In this document: one piece after another, positions 28,930 to 37,730 of the stretch
Position numbering within the stretch: the stretch's first letter is position 1
How the letters are laid out: the number at the start of each line of letters is the position of its first letter
Assembly (NCBI GenBank): GCA_022979955.1
Contig: GCA_022979955.1_3642.1
Strand: one strand, 5' to 3'
Length of the DNA stretch: 64,000 bases
DNA from: a phage
Translations under genes and position numbers: made by a program
The notes under the pieces: generated by a model
Told to the model about the DNA's origin: nothing
The model's input: only the letters and a program-made list of their open reading frames with translations
Databases searched by the model: none

Positions 28930-30155
28930 TGAGCGTTATTCAACAATTCGCTAACCCGATGAATCCGCGTGAAACTGTTTTACTGGCTCACGGCATGATT
29001 AAACGTGTCAGCATCAAGCCTATCAAAGGTGCTGATCCTACAACAGGTATTAAAACCACTGTGTGGCAAGGTAAGAAAATTGAATCCAGCCACACCATCT
29101 CTTTACTGATTTCTGAACTGGATTCCTCTGATAACCTGCTTCAAGGTGGTGAAGAAGTTTGGATCAGTATGGGTGATAAGCTGCTTAAACCTGGTCATCA
29201 AGACTCTGTCTCTGTTAAAATTGATGACAAGTGGGAAACCGTAACGCCGGGATGGATCGTAAATATCCCTTTGAAGGCAAACGAGCATAACGGTAAGACC
29301 TATTACAAAGGCTCACTAGCTAAGATGGTCAAGCTGGGTGCAGGAGAGGCTCCAGCAGCGACCCAGCAGCAAAAACAGCAACAAGGTGCACAATCACAAG
29401 GCCAGAAGCAGAAACCTCAGCAGAATGCCAATCAGGACGTTTTACGCATCTATGGTGATGTGACTCAGATTGTTGGCAACGTGGTTACTGTCAATGACCA
29501 CAAGATTGGCGAAGGTGCTATGGTTGTCACCGATGAGCAGCTTAAAGATCTGGTGGTAGGTGGTCGTGTTGCAGCCATTGTTGACAAAGACACCGGAAAC
29601 ATTATCAGTGGTTTCAAAGCCTATCCCCCTAAGGCAGAGAACGGCACTCAAGGCTCCGGTGGCAAGCGTAAATCCTCTTACGACCCTATCGGTGTGGAAA
29701 CGGGGCATAGCATCAATGCGTTGCAGATTATCCTGGATCGCGGGTTTAAGGTAGACGACCCCCTAGGCGTGGCTAAAACACTGCACGTAGTCACCATCGA
29801 GCTTAAGAAAGAGTATGCTCAAGCCACCAACCGAACTGAAGATGAAGTAGGTGCCAGTGTCGGTAATGCGGTGTTGAACGCTTGTCGCCGTATTGACAAG
29901 AAAACGAAAGTTGATGATTTTGCAGCGGCAATTACTGCAGAAGCAAAAGATGTCTTGACTAATCTGGCTGAGCCGTTGTACGATTGGATCAAGAACGGTG
30001 CTGGGTCAACTGACCATCAAGAACCTCAGGCTGCCAAACAGGAAGCAGCTCCACAGCAAAACACTGTAGACGCTCCTCCTGTAAATGATGGGGAAGATGA
30101 CCCAATGGATCAGAATCCAGCACAGTACTCCTTTGATGATGACATCCCTTTTTAA
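28929..30155 (+). CDS. putative ssDNA-binding protein with SSB-type C-terminal acidic tip
   Basis: C-terminus ...YSFDDDIPF matches the bacterial SSB tail DDDIPF; Gln-rich linker; sits in replication module. Confidence 0.5.
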   Translation: MSVIQQFANPMNPRETVLLAHGMIKRVSIKPIKGADPTTGIKTTVWQGKKIESSHTISLLISELDSSDNLLQGGEEVWISMGDKLLKPGHQDSVSVKIDDKWETVTPGWIVNIPLKANEHNGKTYYKGSLAKMVKLGAGEAPAATQQQKQQQGAQSQGQKQKPQQNANQDVLRIYGDVTQIVGNVVTVNDHKIGEGAMVVTDEQLKDLVVGGRVAAIVDKDTGNIISGFKAYPPKAENGTQGSGGKRKSSYDPIGVETGHSINALQIILDRGFKVDDPLGVAKTLHVVTIELKKEYAQATNRTEDEVGASVGNAVLNACRRIDKKTKVDDFAAAITAEAKDVLTNLAEPLYDWIKNGAGSTDHQEPQAAKQEAAPQQNTVDAPPVNDGEDDPMDQNPAQYSFDDDIPF

Positions 30156-30171
30156 CAATTAGTTAACATAG

Positions 30172-30199
30172 CCCTGCCCGAAAGGGTGGGGCATTTTTG
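30172..30199 (+). terminator. rho-independent terminator (repeated motif)
   Basis: CCCTGCCC-GAAA-GGGTGGGG hairpin followed by CATTTTTGT; same hairpin as at 19090. Confidence 0.6.
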
Positions 30200-30217
30200 T
30201 ATAAGGAGATCTGAAAA

Positions 30218-30634
30218 ATGACATTAGAAGATATCATTGTTAAACCTGAGAACTATGACCAATACAACCTGTCAACTCAATCTGTAGACCTTGGATGCGC
30301 CACGGTCAGTGCGTGGCTGGTTAACGGAAAAGAGCTAGATAAATGCTTAGAAGCTCACATGTCTGTTAACAAGTTTCTAGATGAAAATACTCACTGGCTT
30401 GAGGGTGCAGGAGTATATGCTTCATGGTTGGAGAGTATGGGATTCGACTACCAATCTGAAGAGGGGTGGTGGAGCTATTTAGCTATCTGCCCAGAGACGC
30501 TGCAATGCTTCATGAAATATTCTGAAGATTTGGAGTACCGGGCGGTGGTTGACAGTGCTATTGCCCGTTATAGCCGTAAACCTTTTTCCCACGACATTAA
30601 AACTGTGGAAGAATTTGTTGAAGTTTTCTGTTGA
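30218..30634 (+). CDS. hypothetical protein
   Basis: 138-aa ORF with AAGGAGA SD. Confidence 0.45.
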   Translation: MTLEDIIVKPENYDQYNLSTQSVDLGCATVSAWLVNGKELDKCLEAHMSVNKFLDENTHWLEGAGVYASWLESMGFDYQSEEGWWSYLAICPETLQCFMKYSEDLEYRAVVDSAIARYSRKPFSHDIKTVEEFVEVFC

Positions 30635-30730
30635 CACAGGTTGAAAGGTGTGCAATTATAACTTCATATAACGGGAGGACGCGATGAACGAAGAAAACTG
30701 GGATGTATAACTAACAGGAGGCCACTGCCC

Positions 30731-30928
30731 ATGATTTATCGAATCCGTGTAAGAGAAGATGCACCAGGCTGTTACTTTGACTGGCGTGGGTGGTGGTTTC
30801 TACACCCAATGGATGGACTCACAGATAGAATGCTGGATGCTGCCCTTTATACAGATACCGACATAGAATATAATCTCTATCTGAAGGACGGTATAGATAA
30901 CGGCCTGTTTGAAGCAATTCCTGTGTAA
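30731..30928 (+). CDS. hypothetical protein
   Basis: 65-aa ORF with AGGAGG SD. Confidence 0.4.
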   Translation: MIYRIRVREDAPGCYFDWRGWWFLHPMDGLTDRMLDAALYTDTDIEYNLYLKDGIDNGLFEAIPV

Positions 30929-30996
30929 GAGACTGTGATAGCTATGTTTTATGATCTTCCTGTAGCACCACCACCTGTTGAACCTGGAGAACTAAG

Positions 30997-31422
30997 ATGA
31001 TCTATGAAATGCCAAAACTGATTCGTGACGATGCCCAAAACGCCCACACCTTTATCATGGGCAAGCGCATGGATATTATTTGTCATAAAGATTTCTGGGA
31101 AGGGAGTTACTTCACGGAATATTTTGGTAAACTGGATAATGGTCTGCTGATCCAGTTCTACACCGATGCGGAAAACAATATCTGCTGGGAGTTCGAAACT
31201 GAAGATATCCATAAACTTTTCACCTTCCTAGGTATTAAGGTTGAGGCCAAGTTCGAAGAAGGTGAGTGCGACGATTGTGGATTCTACGAGGTAACAGATT
31301 TCTATCTCCCAAGTGGTGAGAACCTTTACTATGAAAGCCACTTCGGCAACTCAAATATGCCACAAGGTTGGGATGAGTTTTTTGAAATTGTGGAAGAGGA
31401 GCTGGCATACCGTGATTATTGA
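30997..31422 (+). CDS. hypothetical protein
   Basis: 141-aa acidic ORF. Confidence 0.45.
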   Translation: MIYEMPKLIRDDAQNAHTFIMGKRMDIICHKDFWEGSYFTEYFGKLDNGLLIQFYTDAENNICWEFETEDIHKLFTFLGIKVEAKFEEGECDDCGFYEVTDFYLPSGENLYYESHFGNSNMPQGWDEFFEIVEEELAYRDY

Positions 31423-31870
31423 TACTGTAGAGGGAGATTTAATCTCCCTTTTTAAGAGCGGCGCTGGTCACCTGATCCACGGTTGTAACTGCTTCCACAC
31501 AATGGGCAAGGGGATAGCAAAACAGATTGCCCGTGAGTTCCCTCAAGCATTGGCAGCTGACAAAGAGACCAGACATGGTTGCCTAAGTAAACTGGGTGCG
31601 TTCTCCCGATGGGAGCACTTATCTCCGAGAGGTATTGTCTACGGAATCAATCTGTATACTCAGTTCTACCCAGGACCTAATGCTGAATATTTCTCAATCC
31701 TGAAAGGCTTTGAGCTAGTCAATGAGGTATTCAGTGGATCGACTTTACCATTCTACATCCCTAAGATCGGGTGCGGCATAGGCGGTTTGAAGTGGGAGCA
31801 CGTAGAGGACGTTATTAACCTTGCCACTTTTGATATGGATATTATCGTGGTGGAGTACAAAAAGTGTTGA
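31412..31870 (+). CDS. macro-domain protein (ADP-ribose binding/hydrolase-like)
   Basis: HGCNCFHTMGKGIAKQI and IGCGIGGL resemble the two glycine-rich macro-domain motifs; GTG start after GAGGAG (alternative ATG at 31373). Confidence 0.5.
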   Translation: MIIDTVEGDLISLFKSGAGHLIHGCNCFHTMGKGIAKQIAREFPQALAADKETRHGCLSKLGAFSRWEHLSPRGIVYGINLYTQFYPGPNAEYFSILKGFELVNEVFSGSTLPFYIPKIGCGIGGLKWEHVEDVINLATFDMDIIVVEYKKC

Positions 31871-31895
31871 CAGCTGGTTTTTGAGACGGTATAGT
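31867..31895 (+). promoter_or_regulatory. sigma70-like promoter
   Basis: TTGACA-17-TATAGT. Confidence 0.55.
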
Positions 31896-31923
31896 CACCA
31901 CAACGATTGAGAGAGGGAGCACT

Positions 31924-32094
31924 ATGGAGACTAAAATCTTAATTCTGGCTGTGATAGATACAACCGAAGGGGCTGTGTTCGAATCTGCAGGAGGGTATTT
32001 CTACCTACCTTACGGAAAAAGAACTGCTGAACCAGGTAAAGATTCAATCATCAAAGTGTTCCCGTGTGCTTTCTGGCTGGAGATTTTGGTATAA
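31924..32094 (+). CDS. small hypothetical protein (56 aa)
   Basis: ATG after GAGGGAG, downstream of promoter; below the 60-aa ORF-track cut-off. Confidence 0.4.
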   Translation: METKILILAVIDTTEGAVFESAGGYFYLPYGKRTAEPGKDSIIKVFPCAFWLEILV

Positions 32095-32120
32095 GATTGC
32101 AGAGGATTTGGGAGAGAATT

Positions 32121-32315
32121 ATGAGAAACAAGAGAGAGCTTTACTCTGGCGAGTGGATCAACGATCAACAAGTCGGAGAGGTAACCTGCTTCCGGTGTTT
32201 TACTCGGTACAATCTTAAAACTGCACCAAAAAGTGTTCCAAAGACTGATGGTTATTACATAAAAGAACCTCATTGCCCAAAATGTAAATGCCGATTGTAC
32301 TGGAGCAATCTATAA
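32121..32315 (+). CDS. small zinc-ribbon protein
   Basis: ATG after GGGAGAG; CxxC...CxxC (CFRC, CPKCKC). Confidence 0.45.
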   Translation: MRNKRELYSGEWINDQQVGEVTCFRCFTRYNLKTAPKSVPKTDGYYIKEPHCPKCKCRLYWSNL

Positions 32316-32319
32316 GAGG

Positions 32320-32347
32320 TTGACATCTGAAAACTGCAGTGTATAGT
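32320..32347 (+). promoter_or_regulatory. sigma70-like promoter
   Basis: TTGACA-16-TATAGT with TG immediately upstream of -10. Confidence 0.5.
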
Positions 32348-32378
32348 ATACGCATAAACTAAAAGAGAGCGATGTATT

Positions 32379-32570
32379 ATGGTAATTTTTAACCGGGATG
32401 GTATCATAGTTAGACAGCACCCGTTCCTTGAATACTATCAAATTGAGCAATGGTGCTACGGAGATTGCAGTCACTCCTATGGGCAAAGTTGGGGATATCG
32501 CACAGTTTTTGAATCAACAGACCTTGACAAAGTAAGACAGAAAGTTTTAGAACTTATTAACAACAAGTGA
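32379..32570 (+). CDS. hypothetical protein
   Basis: 63-aa ORF downstream of promoter. Confidence 0.4.
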   Translation: MVIFNRDGIIVRQHPFLEYYQIEQWCYGDCSHSYGQSWGYRTVFESTDLDKVRQKVLELINNK

Positions 32571-32579
32571 GTATGATAT

Positions 32580-32912
32580 ATGGTAACATTAGAAAGACGT
32601 AAAGCTATCGCCGCCACACTGGCAGACATCTTTTGGGATTGCAACTTAAAAGATACCAGAAATTGTGGCGCATCTGTAGATGTATTATTCCCACGGCCCA
32701 CCATTGTTGCAATGGGAAACCTGTTAAACGTAGTGTACGGAGCATGGGACAAAGAAGGTGGATTCTATATCTGGCAACCTGACTACGGAGCCTGGAAAGA
32801 GGTAAGGGGTGCGGTTGACTTTGGGCCTACAAGTGCTAAGATGGATGGCTGGGAAATTTATGTTGGAAACGACATGAAGCTGAAAGGCGAGATTGTTTAC
32901 TGGTTGCCTTAA
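32580..32912 (+). CDS. hypothetical protein
   Basis: 110-aa ORF. Confidence 0.45.
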   Translation: MVTLERRKAIAATLADIFWDCNLKDTRNCGASVDVLFPRPTIVAMGNLLNVVYGAWDKEGGFYIWQPDYGAWKEVRGAVDFGPTSAKMDGWEIYVGNDMKLKGEIVYWLP

Positions 32913-32932
32913 GAACGTGCAGGAGATAAAAT

Positions 32933-33178
32933 ATGAGCAAAGGGTGGACATTTGTAGACGGCGTTAAAAACATGCCTCTTGGAAAGTATATCGTAGCCAT
33001 GGCTGATGAGGATGGCAATGTAGATTTCGGAGCTTGCGAGGTTGTTCTTGCAGGATCTGGTAACTATGTGGACAAAACCGGGATAATTAACGGTCAGTTC
33101 TACTTTGATCACAACCCTGTTGTAGCGTATATGGCTATGCCAGAGTTCAAGTTCCCAAAGGAGGGTGCAGATGTTTAA
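32933..33178 (+). CDS. hypothetical protein
   Basis: 81-aa ORF with AGGAGA SD. Confidence 0.45.
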   Translation: MSKGWTFVDGVKNMPLGKYIVAMADEDGNVDFGACEVVLAGSGNYVDKTGIINGQFYFDHNPVVAYMAMPEFKFPKEGADV

Positions 33179-33368
33179 GCTTAAATCTGCATGGAACATC
33201 GCTGTGGGGGACGAGATCCGTATCCCAGGTGGAAAGACCATTATGAAGATATCTCGTATTGAGTACGAAGGTGACCGTGTATTCCACATCTTCGCAGAAG
33301 ATGGTCGAGAAATTTATATACAGGCAGGTTCTCACATCTATATCCGTAAGAAAGGGGACGACAAATGA
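33165..33368 (+). CDS. hypothetical protein
   Basis: 67-aa ORF overlapping upstream stop. Confidence 0.4.
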   Translation: MQMFKLKSAWNIAVGDEIRIPGGKTIMKISRIEYEGDRVFHIFAEDGREIYIQAGSHIYIRKKGDDK

Positions 33369-33697
33369 CAGAGATCATCGTTTCAACTGCAGGGTATGTA
33401 TTCCTGACAATCATTGCGCTGGCTATTCTGGTGGCGGTGTATGGATTTGTTATCCTGCCTATTCTTGAGACATTTAGTTTGTGTCGGTGTTGGAGAAAAG
33501 CTTACGGACCACAACCGTGGAAAGACTGGTTCCATTTGGTGCGTATAGCGTTCTCTTATGCCTATGACCACTCTAGCAGTGCATGCGTAACCGGGTACCA
33601 TGCCTACAACTGGAACTGGGAAGGGCTGGGGAGATGGACTGTTACAAAAACTATACCCTTACGGTTGTACAAAGGAAAGAACACACTGGGAGCCTGA
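33365..33697 (+). CDS. small membrane protein
   Basis: ATGA overlap; N-terminal hydrophobic helix. Confidence 0.45.
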   Translation: MTEIIVSTAGYVFLTIIALAILVAVYGFVILPILETFSLCRCWRKAYGPQPWKDWFHLVRIAFSYAYDHSSSACVTGYHAYNWNWEGLGRWTVTKTIPLRLYKGKNTLGA

Positions 33698-33740
33698 TAT
33701 TTTAAGTTATCAGGTTGCCAGAGATCAGGAGGATTTCTAA

Positions 33741-34190
33741 AATGGATTTCCTCCTTTTGATATTTCACCGGGCCGGATATTTTAAAATTCTTAGAAAATC
33801 AGAAAATGGATCGAAAACTAAAATGGATTTTTCAGAGTAGGCGCGACAAGCTGAATAACTCATCCTATCGTTTGCACCATATTCCAGGCCACCATTATAG
33901 ATTTCCCACACATGCTAACCTCTCTCTACTAGAACTTCCTCCACTTACCCTTGACCTTCTATGGTAACAATCTAACCGCTATCTTGAAGTTGCGGTGCAG
34001 CTTTCCAGGTACTCGATCTACTTTTCATTTCAGGGCTTGGATTTTCTGAAAATTTTTCTCGATAAATTTCTCAGTACTCGATCTGTTTTTCGTTTTCTGA
34101 ATCGGATTTTCTGGAAATCGTTCCGGCTCTCAACCTGAAATTTTGGGGACGAAATCGATTTTTCGTTTTCAGAAATGGATTTTTAAAATT
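33741..34190. repeat. iteron-like short direct repeat cluster
   Basis: Recurring AAAATGGAT(T), GGATTTTCTG, GTACTCGATCT and TTTTCGTTTTC units in an ORF-free, AT-rich stretch. Confidence 0.5.
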
Positions 34191-34331
34191 TCTATATGGG
34201 AATATTTTAGTGGATACTATTTTATAGTAAATTGTTACGGAGGGTAATTAGCGTGCTAATTAAATTTATTAAATGCGAGGAGTTCTCATTTAGAATTTTG
34301 AATGATAATCATTCTCGTTTGCAGAATAATG

Positions 34332-34354
34332 GGCAGGCCCGGTGATTGTCTCCC
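34332..34354 (+). repeat. 23-nt repeat GGCAGGCCCGGTGATTGTCTCCC, copy 1
   Basis: Exact reverse-complement copy at 43757-43779; degenerate copy at 34471-34488. Confidence 0.6.
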
Positions 34355-34470
34355 GGCCCCTGCTGCCCCGGCTTGTTATTATAGTATCACACAGGACAAA
34401 GAAAGCAAGGATTTTTTGCATAAACTTTTAAATGATAATGATAACCGTTCTCATTTTATGCAGCGCCCAT

Positions 34471-34488
34471 CCCCGGTGGTTGTCTCCC
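34471..34488 (+). repeat. degenerate copy 2 of the 23-nt repeat
   Basis: CCCCGGTGGTTGTCTCCC preceded by the same AATGATAA...TTCTC context as copy 1. Confidence 0.5.
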
Positions 34489-34711
34489 CCGTCACCGGTG
34501 CCTGCCGTCCTTTCGATAGGTATATTGTGCCACCTGGCGGGGCCGCTGTCAACACTTTTCAAAAAATTTTTCTAACCTGATGCGCTAACCGCTGCAACCT
34601 GGCGGGGCCAGCCTGGCAGGACCTAACTGACCAGGTAGGAGAGAATGAAGGCTTGTAAACCTGGTGGGCCTATGCTATAGGAGAGGTAACAATTGAAGAG
34701 GAGGTACAAAA

Positions 34712-34888
34712 ATGGAAGGTAATATGATCCCCCTGGAAAATGTAGCTATTAATGACGCTGAGGCTATCGCCCTGGTTGAAAAGGCTATGGCGGGAGCGTT
34801 GGAATATAAAGAAGAGTACGAAAAAATGATGGTTAACCTGGCAGGGGCGGCGGCTGGAGAATTCCGCCCAAAAAATAATTTTAACTAA
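34712..34888 (+). CDS. small hypothetical protein (58 aa)
   Basis: ATG after GAGGAGG; first gene of the small-gene array. Confidence 0.4.
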   Translation: MEGNMIPLENVAINDAEAIALVEKAMAGALEYKEEYEKMMVNLAGAAAGEFRPKNNFN

Positions 34889-34891
34889 TGG

Positions 34892-34920
34892 TTGACAGCT
34901 CGGACAGTTCTTGTTATTCT
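34892..34920 (+). promoter_or_regulatory. sigma70-like promoter
   Basis: TTGACA-17-TATTCT. Confidence 0.5.
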
Positions 34921-34973
34921 TATCCTCACAAGGTGAACAACACCACACTAATTAACAGAGAGGATAAAAAATC

Positions 34974-35171
34974 ATGAACGCCTACGGAATCAAAGTACGT
35001 CGCAGCACTCGCCAGGTGGTCACCGATCAAATGGTTTGCCAGGTGGATGTAACCATCAACAACGGGCAAGGCCTTTATAAATTTCGTCGCGGTCATAGCT
35101 ATACCCTGCAACAGCTTAATCGTTGCGCCCTGACAAAAGGCCAGATCAACCACTGGTTTAATAAAAAATAA
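34974..35171 (+). CDS. hypothetical protein
   Basis: 65-aa basic ORF with AGAGGA SD. Confidence 0.45.
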   Translation: MNAYGIKVRRSTRQVVTDQMVCQVDVTINNGQGLYKFRRGHSYTLQQLNRCALTKGQINHWFNKK

Positions 35172-35174
35172 ATA

Positions 35175-35203
35175 TTGACATATAGTCTGACACAAAATAT
35201 ACT
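35175..35203 (+). promoter_or_regulatory. sigma70-like promoter
   Basis: TTGACA-17-TATACT. Confidence 0.55.
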
Positions 35204-35235
35204 GAAATCACAAAAGACACTAAGAGGATAAAATC

Positions 35236-35634
35236 ATGAAAACCACAACCTTTAATTTTGATAATGCCGACTTCTCTTTTTCTGATGTCAAGAACTGCCG
35301 CCGTGATCGTGGATTTTACAAGGCTTATAATCTGGTTGGCCTGGACGATGATAATAATTTGCACGAAGTAGCGGAGATCCGGTACTATGCCGCCGCCAGC
35401 GGTAACACTAACTATTGCGTTTTTTGGATACACGACAACAAGAACAATAAGTACGGTTATACTGGCGGCAAGGCGAGCGGTCACGGTTATGATAAAGCTA
35501 ACGCAGCACTTGAGAGCGCATTAAATGCTATGGGGATCACTGCCAACGGCTGGGTCTATGAAGAAGAGTTTTTGTCGGCACTTGCTGACCATCTAGGCTA
35601 TAAAAAGCACATTGTAACATGCGCCCACGAATAA
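35236..35634 (+). CDS. hypothetical protein
   Basis: 132-aa ORF with AAGAGGA SD. Confidence 0.45.
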   Translation: MKTTTFNFDNADFSFSDVKNCRRDRGFYKAYNLVGLDDDNNLHEVAEIRYYAAASGNTNYCVFWIHDNKNNKYGYTGGKASGHGYDKANAALESALNAMGITANGWVYEEEFLSALADHLGYKKHIVTCAHE

Positions 35635-35640
35635 AAATCA

Positions 35641-35668
35641 TTGACACGCTGCAAAATTTAAGTAAACT
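35641..35668 (+). promoter_or_regulatory. sigma70-like promoter
   Basis: TTGACA-16-TAAACT followed by leader hairpin GGGAA-TGT-TTCCC. Confidence 0.5.
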
Positions 35669-35716
35669 AGGCACAAAAGGTGGGAATGTTTCCCGCCAAC
35701 ACGAAGGAAAAAGATC

Positions 35717-36121
35717 ATGAATAAGAACATACGCCGCATCATGAACGAACTGGCAAACGATGAAAAAATTATTGACATGCATTTAGTCAACATTTGCCGC
35801 CGTTGTGTAACATATAACAACCGCGCCGCAAAAGCGCGTGAGATGAACGCAAAAGGCACCTTAAAGCCATTCCAGGTGGTGGTAAAGGCCATTAAAGATG
35901 TAACTAATACGGCAAACCAGGTACAGGGGAACACCAACGAGAGTACCAATATTGATCCGGCTTACATCATGAAACGGATCCGGACCTGCAAGAACAAAGA
36001 GCAAGTGTATAATGTCATAGACTGGTTGGATTCTATGGGCGATGTGGTTTACAATAGGTTTTCTGCAGCTATCGAGATCCAGCTTGACAGGTTGGACGGT
36101 AAAGTACTGAAAACTTACTAA
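35717..36121 (+). CDS. hypothetical protein
   Basis: 134-aa ORF with AAGGAAAAAG SD. Confidence 0.45.
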   Translation: MNKNIRRIMNELANDEKIIDMHLVNICRRCVTYNNRAAKAREMNAKGTLKPFQVVVKAIKDVTNTANQVQGNTNESTNIDPAYIMKRIRTCKNKEQVYNVIDWLDSMGDVVYNRFSAAIEIQLDRLDGKVLKTY

Positions 36122-36139
36122 GTTTATTTTTAGATGGCC

Positions 36140-36169
36140 TTGACTCCAGGGTCATCAATAAAGTAAACT
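36140..36169 (+). promoter_or_regulatory. promoter within repeated 50-nt cassette (copy A)
   Basis: TTGACT-18-TAAACT inside TTTATTTTTAGATGGCC-TTGACT-CCAGGGTCATC cassette. Confidence 0.5.
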
Positions 36170-36202
36170 AATCTCAACTAAGCGAAAAAGGGGGGCTTTA
36201 AG

Positions 36203-36322
36203 ATGAGCACTACACGCCAATACACAAAGGTAACTATTATCGTTTGCGTTGTCGGTTACATCCTGGCGCAAATGTTAATGAGTAGCGCTAACAGTTTTGC
36301 AAAATTTTTCTTAAATTTTTAA
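36203..36322 (+). CDS. small hydrophobic peptide (39 aa)
   Basis: ATG after AAAGGGGGG; predicted single TM helix; below ORF-track cut-off. Confidence 0.35.
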   Translation: MSTTRQYTKVTIIVCVVGYILAQMLMSSANSFAKFFLNF

Positions 36323-36350
36323 TTGACAAACTAACTTAGATCGATATACT
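36323..36350 (+). promoter_or_regulatory. sigma70-like promoter
   Basis: TTGACA-16-TATACT followed by leader hairpin GGGAAAACTTCCC. Confidence 0.55.
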
Positions 36351-36401
36351 TAAACACGTAAACGGGAAAACTTCCCAGAGCACACAAAAGGAGAAAACAC
36401 C

Positions 36402-36743
36402 ATGACTACTATGACCGCCGCAGAAAAAGCTATGCAGATCGCCGCGCTGAAAAAACAGATCGCAGACCTTGAGAATAAGATCGATAACTTTGAAATCGAC
36501 GAGGACAAGTACGACGAAAACTATGATGAATGGTTAGACGAGATCTACGGCGAAATCATGATCGGAAACATTTCTTTTCTTCCGTCGCGTATCCTCAAGG
36601 AGCTAGATCCTATCGCTTACCGCTGCGGATTTAGCGACTACATCGACAGCCTGGATATTGAGGACGATGAAGAATACCAGGAATTACAGACAGAGCTCGA
36701 AGAAGTGAAAGAAGAGCTTGCAGAACTGGAAGAAAACGAGTAA
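36402..36743 (+). CDS. highly acidic coiled-coil-like protein
   Basis: 113-aa ORF rich in D/E with AAGGAGA SD. Confidence 0.45.
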   Translation: MTTMTAAEKAMQIAALKKQIADLENKIDNFEIDEDKYDENYDEWLDEIYGEIMIGNISFLPSRILKELDPIAYRCGFSDYIDSLDIEDDEEYQELQTELEEVKEELAELEENE

Positions 36744-36761
36744 ATTTATTTTTAGATGGCC

Positions 36762-36791
36762 TTGACTTCAGGGCCATCAATAAAGTAAACT
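36762..36791 (+). promoter_or_regulatory. promoter within repeated 50-nt cassette (copy B)
   Basis: TTGACT-18-TAAACT; -35 hexamer sits between inverted repeat GATGGCC/GGCCATC. Confidence 0.5.
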
Positions 36792-36832
36792 TTAGACTGT
36801 TAACACTTAACCAATACAGAGGAGTTAAAACC

Positions 36833-37078
36833 ATGGCCGCACTAATTACCAAATATTATGCCCCTACCAACACCAAAAGCGCCCGTATCATGGTAAAAGG
36901 CTTCGGACGTAAAAAGGTTTACACCTGGGATTATGCCTTAGACACGGAAGACAACTACACCAACGCGATGACCGATTTTATTAATGATCTGAACACGCGG
37001 ATCTTAACAAATTATAAAATTACCGACATTGCTTATATAGGTGAAGGCGGGATCTGTTTTGTAGGCATTGTGAAATAG
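36833..37078 (+). CDS. hypothetical protein
   Basis: 81-aa ORF with GAGGAG SD. Confidence 0.45.
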   Translation: MAALITKYYAPTNTKSARIMVKGFGRKKVYTWDYALDTEDNYTNAMTDFINDLNTRILTNYKITDIAYIGEGGICFVGIVK

Positions 37079-37152
37079 TTATTTTTTCGGTGGTCCTGGC
37101 TGCAGGGCCATCTATAAAGATAATTTATTAACACAATGAAAGGAGAAAGTAC

Positions 37153-37506
37153 ATGATCAGCGGGGCAAGTTTTATTATTGGCGCTATTGCTACGGCTTTA
37201 ATTGTAAACAAGATCCAATCTAAAAACGAAAAAGAGAGCAACGCGCTCACAGAATACCCATTTTGGGTATTCAACGACAATGAAGACTACATTATCAAGT
37301 ACAAGAATGAGAAGGGCGACCAGGTAACACCGCGACCGATCCCAGCTTACAAGATGCAAGAAACACTATACCGCCTAAAGGCTGGAGGCGCAAAAATCGT
37401 AGACTTTTGGGGATATGATTGCAAGGATCAGGAGGTTATAAAACGGCGTATCCGGGCGATTCAGGCAAATATTGAAGTTAGCAAGGGGGGAATATATGAA
37501 GATTAA
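37153..37506 (+). CDS. hypothetical protein with N-terminal TM helix
   Basis: 117-aa ORF with AAAGGAGA SD. Confidence 0.45.
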   Translation: MISGASFIIGAIATALIVNKIQSKNEKESNALTEYPFWVFNDNEDYIIKYKNEKGDQVTPRPIPAYKMQETLYRLKAGGAKIVDFWGYDCKDQEVIKRRIRAIQANIEVSKGGIYED

Positions 37507-37693
37507 TTTTGAGAAGATTGTAAAGCGATCTCATGATTCCGAAGAGTTGCCGGAACGCCGCCAGCGCAACAATAAATTGAATAAGCCAAAAAGATTTGGG
37601 AAGATCTGGCGGAATCATTATGATCGTAAATTGCCGGGCCTACTTTTGGAACGTGAACGACAGGCGGAACGATACCGCCACAAAGGCAAATAA
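37496..37693 (+). CDS. small basic protein
   Basis: ATG after AAGGGGGG; overlaps upstream stop; Lys/Arg-rich. Confidence 0.4.
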   Translation: MKINFEKIVKRSHDSEELPERRQRNNKLNKPKRFGKIWRNHYDRKLPGLLLERERQAERYRHKGK

Positions 37694-37701
37694 CAACCAA
37701 C

Positions 37702-37730
37702 GCCCCGCCATTGTGCGGGGCTTTTTATTT
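37702..37730 (+). terminator. rho-independent terminator
   Basis: GCCCCGC-CATTGT-GCGGGGC hairpin followed by TTTTTATTT. Confidence 0.65.

Noticed and set aside
34302-34580. Plus-strand 92-aa ORF spanning the repeat region
   Set aside because: Reads through non-coding repeats; shares GRPGDCLP with the minus ORF 43573..43833 only because both translate the same 23-nt repeat; no SD.
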